A DNA stretch of 64,000 nucleotides. Origin: Octopus vulgaris. Its lineage: Eukaryota. The notes below the pieces were generated by a model. It had not been told where the DNA came from. It ran no database searches and was given only the letters and a program-made list of their open reading frames with translations. Location of the stretch: NCBI GenBank assembly GCA_951406725.2, contig OX597827.1:29512001-29576000 (forward strand), written 5' to 3'. Below, one piece after another: positions 41,231-61,829 of this stretch (position 1 is its first letter; each line of letters begins with the position of its first letter). The position numbers were made by a program, and so were the translations under genes.

Positions 41231-42920
41231 AATAGAAAACAAGTTATTTTATTCCACACACCAAGTAATATAGGAAAAATAGAAATGCACGGAAAACTAT
41301 AAACTATAAACTGAAAACTTTAAATACATTTTTCATAAATGTATTTAAAGATTTAACCGGTTTCACAGTTTACACGGATTTTCAAAGAGTTCATGGCTCA
41401 AATTAGTATATTTTTTGAATAGGATTTGATTAGTAGAGGATAGTCACATGACTAGAAATTTTTGTAGGTTACCCGCTACGTCCATGTGTTAGTATCAAGG
41501 GAAATCTTTGGAGTCGTACGTTAAGGGTGACACGGTTGACTGAACATGTCTAGTGACAGTACAAAACAATCAATGTTCTGAATGTTTTCTGTCAAGTGTT
41601 TATAGAGAATGAATTTTTTGTACGCTTCCTGCAACGTCCGTGCGTTAGTGTCACGTGACAATATATTTTGCGCCTACAATGAAGACCGACACGGTTTCAA
41701 TCAAGGCACTTTCAATTTAATCTGCTTGGTGGGAGAGTGGATAGGAGCAGTTTGCATGTAGTCCAGTGGCTAAAGTTTAGGTTGTTAGCAGTGTAGGTTC
41801 CCCAAGATAAGTGGCAGATGAGTTTTTGTGTGAATATTTATTTGTGTATATACTCTCTTAAAGTTTGTTAAGTCTTGGTTTGTACTTTTGTATGAAATTA
41901 TTTTCTTTATTTATCCGTGCTTCATCTGTGGTAAGACCTGGAATTTGGGGGTCCTATTTTTTACACATATGTCTATGTGTCCACTCAGTGGAATCTGTCT
42001 AGTACAGGGGTCTTGTAATTGTTGTCGGTGAATGGTCAGTCTGTTTCTTAGACTAAGCTTTATTTGACCTACGTAATCTTCATTATAGCATTGACATTTA
42101 ATGGAGTAAATTAGATTCCTTGAATAACACGTAAAATGATTTTTTACGGTAAATATCTGTCTTGGTTTGAATTTGTATGTTGTGTCTTCAATAAGGTTGA
42201 TGCAAGTCCCGCAATTGGGGCGTCCACAATTTTTTACTGTCGGTGTGGAAATTGTAGAAGGTAATTTAGCACTTGTGAAGAATTTTTTTTTGGGGGGGGG
42301 GGAGCTTAGATTGTTTTTTTTACATTAGATTATTTTGTGTATTTCGAATGCTTGGGTCTTGGGTCTTGTCTAAGTAGTGGGATGTTCTGGTGGATAATAT
42401 TGTAAGCCTCTGTGTTTCTTGGGTTGTGTATTGTAATATAGAGGAGAGTATTGGGTGTATCTGGAGCATTTTTCGTAGTTCTTGGATATTATTCCATTGT
42501 CTATCAACATTAACATACATTGTCTTTTATGTAGTATTTGATTTAGTTCCTGGAGTTTCAGGGTTTCAGACAATTGTGTAGATTCATTTTGCTATATTAA
42601 ATGGAATATTATTCTTCGTGTGTTTGCGATGGCTTGAGGAGAACAGTAGGTATTGTTTAGAATCTGTTTGCTTGTAGTGAACGTCCGTTTCAATATTTTT
42701 ATTTCTTTTGATGATTAGTATATCCAGGAATGGTAGTTGAGTCCTACTGCATTCCATGATGATCAAATATGTGACTATCCTCTACCAATCAAATCCTATT
42801 CGAAACATATACTAAAACCCATAAACACTTTTCGAAAATCAGTGTAAACCGGTTAAATCTTTAAATATAGTAATAAAAAAATATTTTAACTATTCTAAGG
42901 GCATTTTCAACTTCTATTTT
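41228..42920 (-). mobile_element. Penelope-like element (Neptune-type), 5'-truncated, with pLTR and inverted pLTR piece
   Basis: Coding remnant 41858-42766 (-): RT end LPFLDILII...TDVHYKQTDSKQYLLFSSSH, Cys-rich linker CGRPNCGTC, and GIY-YIG NLIYSIKC...YVGQ...RLTIHRQQ...HIDIC. 42767-42865 is an inverted copy of ~41345-41450. Confidence 0.88.
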
Positions 42921-43111
42921 TCATATATATATATTTCCATGCTACAACATCCTTGGCTTTATGCGATTAGAGGTTGTGTTAACCCCATGAAGGATGGTTT
43001 CATCGAATGAAATACTATTTCAATACCTAGTATTTTGGGGAATTAATATTCTTAAAATAATTGGTATTTATATAAAAACCTATAGTTTATAATCGTATAA
43101 AAGAATAAAAA

Positions 43112-43486
43112 GAAAATGGAGATTGGGAAGTTAATAATTGTTTATTATTAACAACAAATTAATCATCAACCCCTACAGCTGTTTCAATTAATACTCAGTA
43201 AATATTAAATTTATATGACCTGAGCATAATATCGTCAGAGGGAAAAAATATACCCTTGGATGTTTTATATGTGTTTATAGATCCATTAAAGCAAACTGAA
43301 TGAATCCATTATGCTATAATGAATCCTTAAACACAAATAAAACATCCAAGGGTATCTCTTTTTCCCTCTGAAGATATTATGCTCAGCTCATTTAAATTTA
43401 ATATTTACTGAGCATTAATTGAAACAGATGATGATTAATTTGCTGTTAATAATGAACAATTATTCACTTCCCAATCTCCATTTTCA
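43112..43486. mobile_element. Foldback PLE-type cassette with ~150-bp inverted arms
   Basis: 43112-43266 is the reverse complement of 43338-43486. Each arm carries a hammerhead core. Confidence 0.75.
43170..43242 (-). ncRNA. Type I hammerhead motif
   Basis: Minus: CCCT-CTGACGA-tATTATGCTCAG...CTGAGTATTAATt-GAAA-CAGCTG-TA^GGGG. Confidence 0.7.
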
Positions 43487-43813
43487 TTTTCTTCTTACAC
43501 ACACACATACACACATACATACACGCTCGTAAAAGCTCTCTTTGTCCACCTTTACTGAGTGTCAAGCTAATACCTCCTATATGTACGTCTTTTTTGTTAT
43601 TTTGAATGTCCAAGTTGACTATATATATACATACCTATGAGGGATTCTCCCGTCGTGGACAATAAATCTGGGATCAGCAGAAGAAAGTGGTAATTATGTT
43701 CTATTGACACGTGACTCTTGAGGCCTGTTGGTGCTTTGCAAACCATTTGGCAAATGGAACAAGTTGAGGACTCAGTTTCTTTCTTTTTATTCTCTGTTTA
43801 TTTCCTCGTGTTC

Positions 43814-43849
43814 CTTTCTATCGAAGAGCGTAGGCTCGAAACGTAAAAG
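43814..43849 (+). ncRNA. Minimal hammerhead-like motif, degenerate core
   Basis: CTTT-CTATCGA-A-GAGC-GTAG-GCTC-GAAA-CG-TA-AAAG. Confidence 0.45.
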
Positions 43850-43993
43850 ACTCTCTCACCTTCCCGAGCGTCAGACTAATACACCTGTCTTCGTCTTTTG
43901 TTTTGCTGTAAATTTCAACTACAGATACATACATACATACATGCATGCATGCATGCATACATACATACATACATACATACATACATACATACA

Positions 43994-44027
<34 letters not shown>

Positions 44028-44249
44028 CATTTATACACATATGTACGTATGCTTTGTATATATTTATAGACTGACAGACAGAGTGCAAGAGGGAGACAGA
44101 CATGGAATATAAGAATAATGTAAAAATTATATAAAAATAACGATCGTTATACAACAAAAGACTGCACCACACCCCATTAAAAAGAAACTGACGATATACA
44201 ATACCGATAAGAGTTTGCACACTCCCAACAACATAAAAGAATACACAAT

Positions 44250-44852
44250 GCTGCATACATTCAGGAGCTGTTATCGGCCTTTGTCAACGCTCCGCCTCCG
44301 AAGCCGGGAGCTGATGTAATCCGTCGAGGTAGGAAGTGAAAAGCCGCACACATCTGTTTGGGTTTGATTATTGTTTACCAGTCGTCGTCTGGCAAGAATC
44401 GGATCGTGGATTTATTTCCTCGTCGTGCCTCTGCCACTCGGGCCCTCGTGTTTCGCGTTGAAGAATTGGTCGTATTCCAATCTCACTGCGAGCAAGTCGG
44501 GTGCGATGCTTTTTCTAGAAGCCTCATGAAACTTCCTGACTAGCTCTGCCTCTGCTCCTTTTCTTTCTACTGCTAAGTCCTTTGTTAAACCTTGTCGATT
44601 CTGTTCTAATCACCCGTTTCAAAGCGAACTACTATTTGCTGTTGACGAGTGGTCCCGTCAAAGCCCGCTTAACTAATTCACTAATCCCGTCCCTGAAAAC
44701 TTTTCACGCCGGTAAGGACGCGTTCAGCTCCCAGTAACTGGGTCTCTGTCTATGGAGCCTATCTAAGTCGACCGTACAGATCACAAATTTGTGGTCTGTG
44801 TAACTGACCACTTTAAATTGTGGACAAGCTATGCTATCCTTTTCTTCTCTAC
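44250..44852 (-). mobile_element. Tx1/L1-clade LINE fragment (APE end and linker)
   Basis: Minus: FKVVSYTDHKFVICTV...RPSYWELNASL, matching the (S/T)DH and W.LN motifs of L1/Tx1 ORF2. Confidence 0.6.
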
Positions 44853-44855
44853 AGA

Positions 44856-45020
44856 AGGCGCAGGATTGGCTGTGTGGTAAGTAGCTAGGCGCAGGAGTGG
44901 CTGTGTGGTAAGTAGCTAGGCGCAGGAGTGGCTGTATGGTAAGTAGCTTGTTTACCAACCACATGGTTCCAGATTCAGTCTCACTGCGTGGCACCTTTGG
45001 GAACTGTCTTCTACTATATA
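44856..45020 (+). mobile_element. S2 SINE with triplicated 31-bp 5' head
   Basis: AGGCGCAGGA(T/G)TGGCTGT(G/A)TGGTAAGTAGCT x3 at 44856, 44887 and 44918. Confidence 0.85.
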
Positions 45021-45081
45021 TTTCTTTACTGCCCACAAGGGGCTAAACATAGAGGGGACACTTTTTTTTTAATAAATTTAT

Positions 45082-45236
45082 TTATTAGACATTCACTAGT
45101 ACAACACCAAAAAACCCCCAAAATATATGGCACACTAGGCATAACAACAACGTGAACTTCCAACCTGTTGTCTCTTGAGGTCTCTGGGTGAGACTTGGAG
45201 CCAACTTGTACAAACATAAAGCAAAATTCAAACATA
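45082..45236 (+). mobile_element. LINE family A 3'UTR fragment
   Basis: Matches 59960-60110 and the reverse complement of 442-590. Followed by ~330 bp of (AAT)n. Confidence 0.8.
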
Positions 45237-45311
<75 letters not shown>

Positions 45312-45355
45312 TAATAATAAACAATAATAATAATAATGATAACAACAACAACAAC

Positions 45356-45416
<61 letters not shown>

Positions 45417-45449
45417 GTAATAATAATAATGATGATGATGATAATAATG

Positions 45450-46848
<1,399 letters not shown>

Positions 46849-46888
46849 AAGAAGAAGAAGAAGAAGAAGAAGAAGAAGAAGAAGAAGA

Positions 46889-50075
<3,187 letters not shown>

Positions 50076-51382
50076 TGGTAGTCATGGAATGTGAAAATGG
50101 CTGTAGAAAATTTAGTAACAGTAATATATAGTTTATCCTTATCTAATACGAATCAAAGACCTTTTGGTTTTCTCTTCTCTTAAATTCTGGCCTTCCTTTA
50201 GTATTCCTGTAGTTTTAGATTGATGTATATATGTAAGTATACTGTAAAGTGTTAATATTGTTGTGAATGGTTCAGCTGGTACAGTACTTCTTGACCTACT
50301 TTGCTTGGCTTGGAGACTGAAAGTCTACAATGCAAAGTTATAGTCCTTTGTTTTGGGAAGAGTAATGAGCTTTTAGGGGACCTTTGGCCTTGTGCCGGTC
50401 AGGGAAACTCCCCGACCCTGTCAGGTGAATTAGAGTTCAGTTTGTGAGAGACAGTGAGAGAAATGTTGAGGGGCTGAGGAAGACAGATTAAGGAATCTGC
50501 GGAGCTGACCAGCGAGAGAATGATAGAGAATGTGAGAGAGGAAGACAGAGAGAGAGTATTACAGAGCTAAGAGAGAAGGAGATTACGACAGAGAGATTGG
50601 GGTAGTGACAAGGCAGTCGAGGACAGAGCAAGTGAGGATTTAGCAGTCGGTATTTGGGAGTCAAGGCGAGCAGTTGGCAGTTGGATTTAGCAGTGAGGAT
50701 TTGGTATTCGAGGTAAGCGGTTGGCGTTTGGATTTAGCGGTTGGCAGTTGGATTTAGCAGTGCTAAGAGAGATGAACTACAATGTGAGACATTGGCTGAT
50801 GTAACGGTACGTGAATTGTTGTATTGATATGTGAATTGAGTAAAGGACTTGTCGATGTGTTATAAAGGCTGGAAAAGAAATGAGACAGTAAAAAGAACAA
50901 TGTGAACTGTGTTGATATGTGTTACAGAACTGTTAAAGCAAGAGAGAGACTCTGTTGTAGTCTTTAATGAACATTGAACTGTATATGCCTTTAATGTCTT
51001 TTGAACTGTAACGTTAATGTGATTTGAAACAGAACTGTTGTCTCCGGACTGTATAATGTATTGACTTGTTGTTTAATTCGACGTGTACTCTTTAAATGTT
51101 GTTGTTATTGCATTTGATGTGTTGTTACTTGCATGTATTTCCTCTTTGATGTATCTGATATGCATTTGATGTTGTAACAATTATAAAGTGTTATAAACTA
51201 GTACGTTAAATGTAAGCCAATTGCCTTCTTTGTCTCTCTCTCGATTGCCTCTGTGTCTCCTGCAGCTGTTGTTGTAGATGTTATCTCTCTCCTCTCCGAG
51301 TTTCCGTAGCGAACCTTCTCTGATCGATCGGGCCTGTGTGAGGGATTCCGTAACAGCTTTCGTTCGAGGGAGTCCCGTAGCA
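50076..51382 (-). mobile_element. Possible solo LTR (~1.3 kb)
   Basis: TG...CA boundaries (TGGTAG...GTAGCA), non-coding, with internal short repeats (GCAGTTGGATTTAGC). No clear target-site duplication. Confidence 0.35.
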
Positions 51383-51849
51383 ATATGTATGTATAATATA
51401 TAATATATATATATTATAAATATATGTTAGTGTTATTTAATTTCTGAACGGTTTTGCTGCCGTTTGTTGATGTAGTTTTGGTTTCTTTATCCATCAGTTT
51501 CTGCTAGGATAAGATGCAGGCAAAATTAACAATAGAGAAACGGAAATAAAACTTTGGAAACAGCCGAAAGGGAGATAATTGAGAAAGACTTGAAAGTGAA
51601 CGTAAGATCGTAATCATGTAAAGTAAATATAACAAACAATCCAGAAAACCTGCCCGGGACTGAATCGATCCCAAAATTTAATCATTTCGTGCCAGTCAAG
51701 AGGCCAAACATCCCTAAAAGTTTCATCCGAATCCATCCAGCGGTTCTTGAGATATCTTCTCCAGGAACAAACAAACACGACTGAAAGCAGTAGCTCAACC
51801 TTCACTAAGACGGAGGTAATAATGATTTCAAATTTTTTCTACAAATTTT

Positions 51850-52025
51850 TTGGGATGAATTGATTACATTGACCCCAGTGTTCAAGTAGTACTTATCTTA
51901 TCGACCACAAAAGGATAGAAAGCAAAGTCGATCGCAGCGGAATTTGAAATCAAAAAGTAGCGACGGGCGAAATACCGCTAAACATTTCGTTTGGCGTGCT
52001 AACGATTCTGCTAGCTCACCGTCTT
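51850..52025 (-). mobile_element. S1 SINE copy
   Basis: Reverse complement of the GGTGAGCTAGCAGAATCGTTAGCACGCC...TTCAAATTCC core. Confidence 0.7.
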
Positions 52026-52085
52026 GTAAGAAGAAGAGAAGAAGAAGAAGAAGAAGAAGAAGAAGAAGAAGAAGAAGAAGAAGAA

Positions 52086-52132
<47 letters not shown>

Positions 52133-52284
52133 AGAAGAAGAAGAAGAAGCTTTGACAAAGTCCAATAAACAATGGCAACAGCATCACCATCATCCGGGAT
52201 ACGCGTCACCAATTCTTCCACTACCAGTAAGTTGGTCAAGTTGGTCAAGTTGGTCAAGTTGGTCAAACACACTCAATACAGTAA

Positions 52285-52628
52285 AAATAAGAGCATCACA
52301 ACAAATCACAGCACATACCCAAGGCACACACGGTAGTGTAGTGAAAGCACGTGATAAAAATAAAACTACTGAACAACAACAACAACAATAACAACAAGAA
52401 TATGAATTACAGAGACTATGGAAAGTGCGACTAAAATGTATCCCAGTAGTTATAGGTGCATTGAGAACTATCCCTGAAGGTCTGAACTGATGGATAGAGG
52501 AAATAGGCATAAAACTCAGTTTAGTACAGCTCCAGAAAACAGTGTTATTAGGGACAGCAAGAATTATCAGTAGGGATCTAAGCACTTGAAACACTGCTGA
52601 AAACGTGTGGATACCTAAGGTTACAGGT
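52285..52628 (+). mobile_element. Family B 3'UTR remnant followed by the 3' end of another R4-like LINE
   Basis: AGCATCACAACAAATCACAGC...AAAACTACTG, then (AAC)n, then ELQRLWKVRLKCIPVVIGAL...QLQKTVLLGTARII. Confidence 0.75.
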
Positions 52629-52864
52629 AAAGAGCTTAGACCCATGGACAGGACGTACACTTAACTACACACACATACACATTCACATATGTGTGTGTAA
52701 GTAGTTAAGTGGACGTCTCGTCCATGAGGCTAGGCGTTTTATGGATGCGAAATAATTGGTCACTCTATGACTGGACAAGGTAATTTTTAACGGGCTTTTA
52801 TTTATAAGAATTTTTTCCTTTCATCTTTATTTCATTCATTGTTAGCAACGTTCTCTCTCTGTCT

Positions 52865-52964
<100 letters not shown>

Positions 52965-53352
52965 CTCTGTAATATAAACATTCACACTGTCTCTGTAATA
53001 TAAATACACACACACTCCAGGTTTGATTTCCTTATTGCACAAATATCACATTAGAATTTTGCAATTCAGCTTGGAACGTCCCAAAAAATATGCGACTGTA
53101 CACTTTTCTCACTAAGCTACAGAATCACTCCAACCCAATGGATTGGCAAAATTTGTGTTCAAATTCCGCCGAGGTCGACATTGCCTTTTATTCTTTCGAG
53201 ATGAATAAAATAAGTACCAGTTAAACACTGGGCTCGATGTAATCGACTCCACCGATATTGCAGGCCTTGCCTTGTGCCAAAATTTGAAACCAACATTTCG
53301 TAGAACAGAGTGACGCAAATGCCAAGAGTTACGTGCGGTAGATAGGTATAAG

Positions 53353-53404
<52 letters not shown>

Positions 53405-53445
53405 TATGCATATGTACATACATATACATACATACATAATACATA

Positions 53446-53478
<33 letters not shown>

Positions 53479-53544
53479 CATCAGCATCAACATCATCATT
53501 ATTATTATTCAGTTCTATATTTAAGAGATGAGAAATTATGTACA

Positions 53545-53716
<172 letters not shown>

Positions 53717-53754
53717 TAATAATAAAAATAATAATAATAATATAATAATAATAA

Positions 53755-53804
<50 letters not shown>

Positions 53805-53807
<3 letters not shown>

Positions 53808-55730
53808 GATCCTCGAAACACTAGCCATTAACAAAGTAGCACCAATAATCATAAAATTCATAGAGGACTCTATGAATAAATGGCAAACAGTCCTGCACCT
53901 CCAAACAAAAGAGGGACTCATGAAAACTAAAGACATCCCCATTAGAAGAGGAATATTCCAGGGAGACACGCTCTCTCCACTCCTTTTCTGCTTGGCACTG
54001 TCACCTCTATCTGATATGCTAAATAGAACTGGATGCGGATATAAATGTTACGGCAAAACGATCAGCCACCTTTTATATATGGATGACCTAAAACTATACG
54101 CTGCAAATGACAAACAGCTGGAAACACTATTAAACACAGTTCATGGATTTACCAAAGAAATAGATATGAAATTTGGATTAGAAAAATGCGCCAAAGTAAC
54201 CATGAAAAGAGGAAAACTAGTTAAGAGTAACAACATCACACTAGATAAAACCAATGAAATAAAAGAATTAGACCAAAGCCAAACTTACAAATACTTAGGA
54301 ATCCATGAACTAGATAAAACACAACACACACAAATGAAAGAGAAAATAAAAAAAGAATATTATAGACGAGTTAGATCAATACTAAACACAGAGCTCAATG
54401 CTGAAAACAAGATAATAGGTATCAACACTTTAGCTGTCCCAGTTATAAGTTACAGCTAAAATATCCTTAACTGGACACGAAATGAACTGACCAAAATAGA
54501 TAGGAAAACAAGAAAAATAATGACAGGATCTAGGATGCATCACCCAAAATCTGACATAGAAAGACTATATATACAACGTATAGAAGGTGGTAGAGGCCTT
54601 ATACAGCTGGAAAACTACTATAAAATAACCACCATAGGACTGCAAAAATATCTACTTCAGAAGGAAGGAAAACTGATCCAGATAGCGGCAAAACACGAGC
54701 AAAACAAAAAACTGTTCTCAGTATTTAAGGAAGCTGACAAATACAAACAAGAATTCATACCACCTAATAAACATGAAGAAGAAGAAGAAGATGAAGAAAC
54801 AACAAAAGCTATAAAACAAATGAAATCCAAACTAAAAATAGAACAGCAACGAACCATGATAAAACGATGGCAAGAAAAGCCCCTTCATGGTAAATACTGG
54901 ACTAAACTAAACGCAAAAGAAATAGACAAAGAAAAATCCCAGCAATGGTTGAGAAGCTCAGGACTCAAAGCAGAAACAGAGGGATTTTTAATTGCAGCAC
55001 AAGACCAAAGCCTCCCCACCAGAAATTACCAAAAACATGTAATGAAAAGAAATATTACAAGTAACTGCAGAATATGTAGAGATGGACAAGAAACAATAAA
55101 TCATATTATCTCTAGCTGCCCAGTCCTGGCTAAGAAGGAATATATTCACAGACATGACAGAGTTGGAACCTACATACATTGGAAGCTATGCCAACATTAT
55201 GGAATAACAACAGAAAAAAGATGGTATAGGCACACACCAGAAAAGGTCACAGAAAACGAGAAAGCAACCATACTCTGGGATATGTCGATACACACAGACA
55301 GAGAAATTAAGGCCAACAGACCAGATATAGTTGTCAGAGACCATGAAGAAAAAAATGCTTTCTAATTGATGTATCAATACCGGCAGATGACAACGTGTCT
55401 CTAAAAGAAATGGAGAAACTCTCAAAATACAAAGACCTGCAAATAGAGATAACTAGAATGTGGAATCTGAAAACAGAAACAATTCCTATCATAGTAGGTG
55501 CATTAGGCATGATAAAAAATATTCAGACAAATACATAACAAAAACACCAGGACTTACAAACACATATAGCATACAGAAAATTGCACTACTAGGCACTGCA
55601 CACATCCTAAGCAGAACACTTTCCATACAATAACCATCAAAGCATCACAACAAATCACAGCACATACCCAAGGCACACAGAGCTGCGCTCGGTAGTGAAG
55701 TGAAAGCACGTTATAAAAATAAAACTACTG
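53805..55730 (+). mobile_element. R4/Dong-like RLE LINE, family B, copy 2
   Basis: Highly similar to 47649-49666 (ORFs 53872-54459 and 54520-55365). (AAT)n lies on both sides. Confidence 0.95.
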
Positions 55731-55768
55731 AATAATAATAATAATAATAAAAATAATAATAATAATAA

Positions 55769-55836
55769 ATGGGTATATTGGGCTTCGAATATTTTACCCC
55801 AGTGTCACTTTGATGGCATGCACTGCTCTCTCACAC
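55769..55836 (+). mobile_element. Extreme 3' fragment of the ~550-bp (AAT)n-associated element
   Basis: ATGGGTATATTGGGCTTCG...GGCATGCACTGCTCTCTCACAC followed by (AAT)n, inside the tail of family B copy 2. Confidence 0.85.
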
Positions 55837-57181
<1,345 letters not shown>

Positions 57182-57797
57182 TTATTATTATACCTCTATA
57201 TACAATATTAACGGCCCACACTTTTCATTGTATACTGCGGATACTTATATTTTATATATTATATATACTTATATATTATATATATTATATATTATATATA
57301 AACCCCACACTTTATGTCTGTCTTTAGACTGTCCCCCTCATCATTCACCCATGTGGCATATAACTGAAGTCCTCCTCATCATCATCATCATCTTTCAATT
57401 TTGTTTCCATTTCTTACCGAGTGTCTTCCAAACACCTGGGCCAAAGAATGCGCAGTTTCGGGGAAGTGAAAGGGAAATTCGAGAGATCAAAGCCTATTAG
57501 ATTAAAAAAAAGAAAGTGCTTGAAAATGGCGCCCTCTACACTTTTGACAATAGCCACAGCTGCTGATTCTACACTTTTATCTGATCTCCAAACAATTGTT
57601 ACACACAGATCCGTATTTAGTTCAAAAACATTCGGGATGTATATTACATTTAATGATCGGATGAGTTCTTAGAAAACTTACTATAAAATGTTATAAAACA
57701 GGTTTTTTATTGTTCTGTAAATCGGAAATGTTTGTTTAGGTTGGACAATAAGTAAATAACATTTACGTCAACTAGTAGACATCGGTCACATTCAGAC

Positions 57798-57854
<57 letters not shown>

Positions 57855-58032
57855 CAACAACAACAACAACAACAATAATAAAATAATATTTTAAAAGAAT
57901 AGACGTAACTCTTGGCAAAGGTAAACAGTCAACACACTCTTCGTCTTGACTAATGATGATGATGATGATGATAACAATAATACTAATAATAATAATAACA
58001 ACAACAACAACAACAACAGCAACAACAACAAC

Positions 58033-59728
<1,696 letters not shown>

Positions 59729-59761
59729 TAATAATAATAATAATAATAATAATAATGTTAA

Positions 59762-60110
59762 TAATAAGACTAAAACAATACCTGTTGTCATATCATGGGA
59801 ATGATAGCAAAAGGGGGCTGACCGCTACCTAACTCAGAAACCAGGAAACTCCAAAATGGCAGAAATTCAAAAGATAGTGCTCATGGGAACTGCTCATATC
59901 CTACGCAACATACTTTCTATGTAATCTCAAGTTTTAAAACATACATAATTTTTTTTTCTTAAGGCATTCACTAGTACAACACTAAATACAATATCAAATA
60001 TATGGCACACTAGGCATAACAACAATACGAACTTCCAACCTGTTGTCTCTTGAGATCTCTGGGTGAGACTTGGAGCCAACTTGTACAAATATAAAGCAAA
60101 AGTCAAACAT
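59762..60110 (+). mobile_element. LINE family A 3' fragment
   Basis: AEIQKIVLMGTAHILRNILSM* plus a 3'UTR matching 442-636 (reverse complement). Flanked by (AAT)n. Confidence 0.85.
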
Positions 60111-60119
60111 ATAATAATG

Positions 60120-60216
<97 letters not shown>

Positions 60217-60230
60217 TGATGATGATGATG

Positions 60231-60306
<76 letters not shown>

Positions 60307-60308
60307 TA

Positions 60309-60857
60309 AAATGCCCTGATGCAGTACCAGACAGTGGCTCTCATGACTTCTGATCTTAACTGATTGCAAGTGTTATTATGTACATTGTTTTGTCTTGGCA
60401 TAAAAGATGGGCCACAGCAAATATTCTGCTCAATACCACAGATTTGCTTGTCAGTTGTTTGACCATAACCGCTTGAGCATGTCCCTCAGTGGCTGATGAT
60501 ATGTGCATCTCTGATCATAAGCAGAAGTAGTGGGGGAGCATCATAGCCGTGTGTTGAAAGAAATTCTGGATAATTCCCCTTTGGAAACCTGAGTGCTTCG
60601 TTCAGCATCCTTAAACAACCCTTATTCAGAGACCTTTTGAGCGGGATGGGTTACTCGACCTGAAGAAAATCCCAACTGGACCCCACCTGCAAGGTCATGT
60701 GCTGTTTATCTTGATATAAGATCACCATGTCATGCACATACGCTTGTGATGTATGTGCCTGGTGTACCCTTATCAGACGGGTAGTGATGATGGGTATACT
60801 GGGCTTCGTATATTTTACCCCAATGTCACTTTGATGGCATGCACTGCTCTCTCAGTC
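60309..60857 (+). mobile_element. ~550-bp non-coding (AAT)n-associated element, full length
   Basis: Same 5' end (AAATGCCCTGATGCAGTACC) and 3' end as 4379-4931. (AAT)n lies on both sides. Confidence 0.85.
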
Positions 60858-60921
<64 letters not shown>

Positions 60922-61829
60922 TAATAATAATAATAAGTGAGTAATTTGAATTTCCCTCAAAATAAGTTAAGGAACTTACATATCTACAGCTCATACGTAC
61001 ACCTAACAAGAAAAATTAGAAACATAATATCTCCAATTTTGTGTGAACATTTAGTCGTCTCTCATGACTATAAGAATGTGTAAAATTGCCTTTTATTGTA
61101 ACAACACTATTAAATGCATGATAAAAAATTATGGAATTAAGCACCTGCTAATATATACATACAACTGAATTCAGAAATTTAAAAGATATATACATAACAT
61201 TGAATTCAGAAATTTAAAAAATCCTCGACGTGAACATCAGATAATATGTGTGTGAGTATACATATACATATACATATGTATGTGGAAAGGAAGAAAAGAG
61301 AAAGGAAAAAAAATAATAAATGTAAACAGGTTTGACCTTTTACTGACCATTAATGTCCTTTGCTATTCGGCTATCTCTCCATCATCTGCTGAATCTATTT
61401 ATAGACACATAGAACATGACCTCTTTAACTAACTATTCCCCCACACAATGGCAGTAGTGGTGATGATGGCGAAAATGATAGGAACAAAAATAACAATAAT
61501 AAGATACTGCTGTGACTGCACATACAACAATATCATTGATGATGATGATGGTGATGGTGATGTTGATTATGATGATGATGGTGATGGTGATAGTAATAAC
61601 AATAATAACTGACAGATCCCTTTTTTTTTCTCCGTATTTTATTCTCATTATTTCGAACTAATACAGGCAGAGTGAGCCTTTTATAAATTTAAAAGAGGAA
61701 GGGAAAAGAAGGAAGGAAAAAGGGGAAGAAGGAGAAAGAGAGAAAGAGAGAGGAAAAAAGGAAGAGAAGGAGAAAAAAATGTTCGAAGATAAAACTATCA
61801 ACAAAAAAAATACAGACGAATACAGACTG

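Noticed and set aside
60312-60335. U2 snRNA stem-loop IV-like head (CCTG-ATGCAGTAC-CAG) of the 550-bp element
   Set aside because: The match is too short and is not conserved in the 2715-3260 copy.
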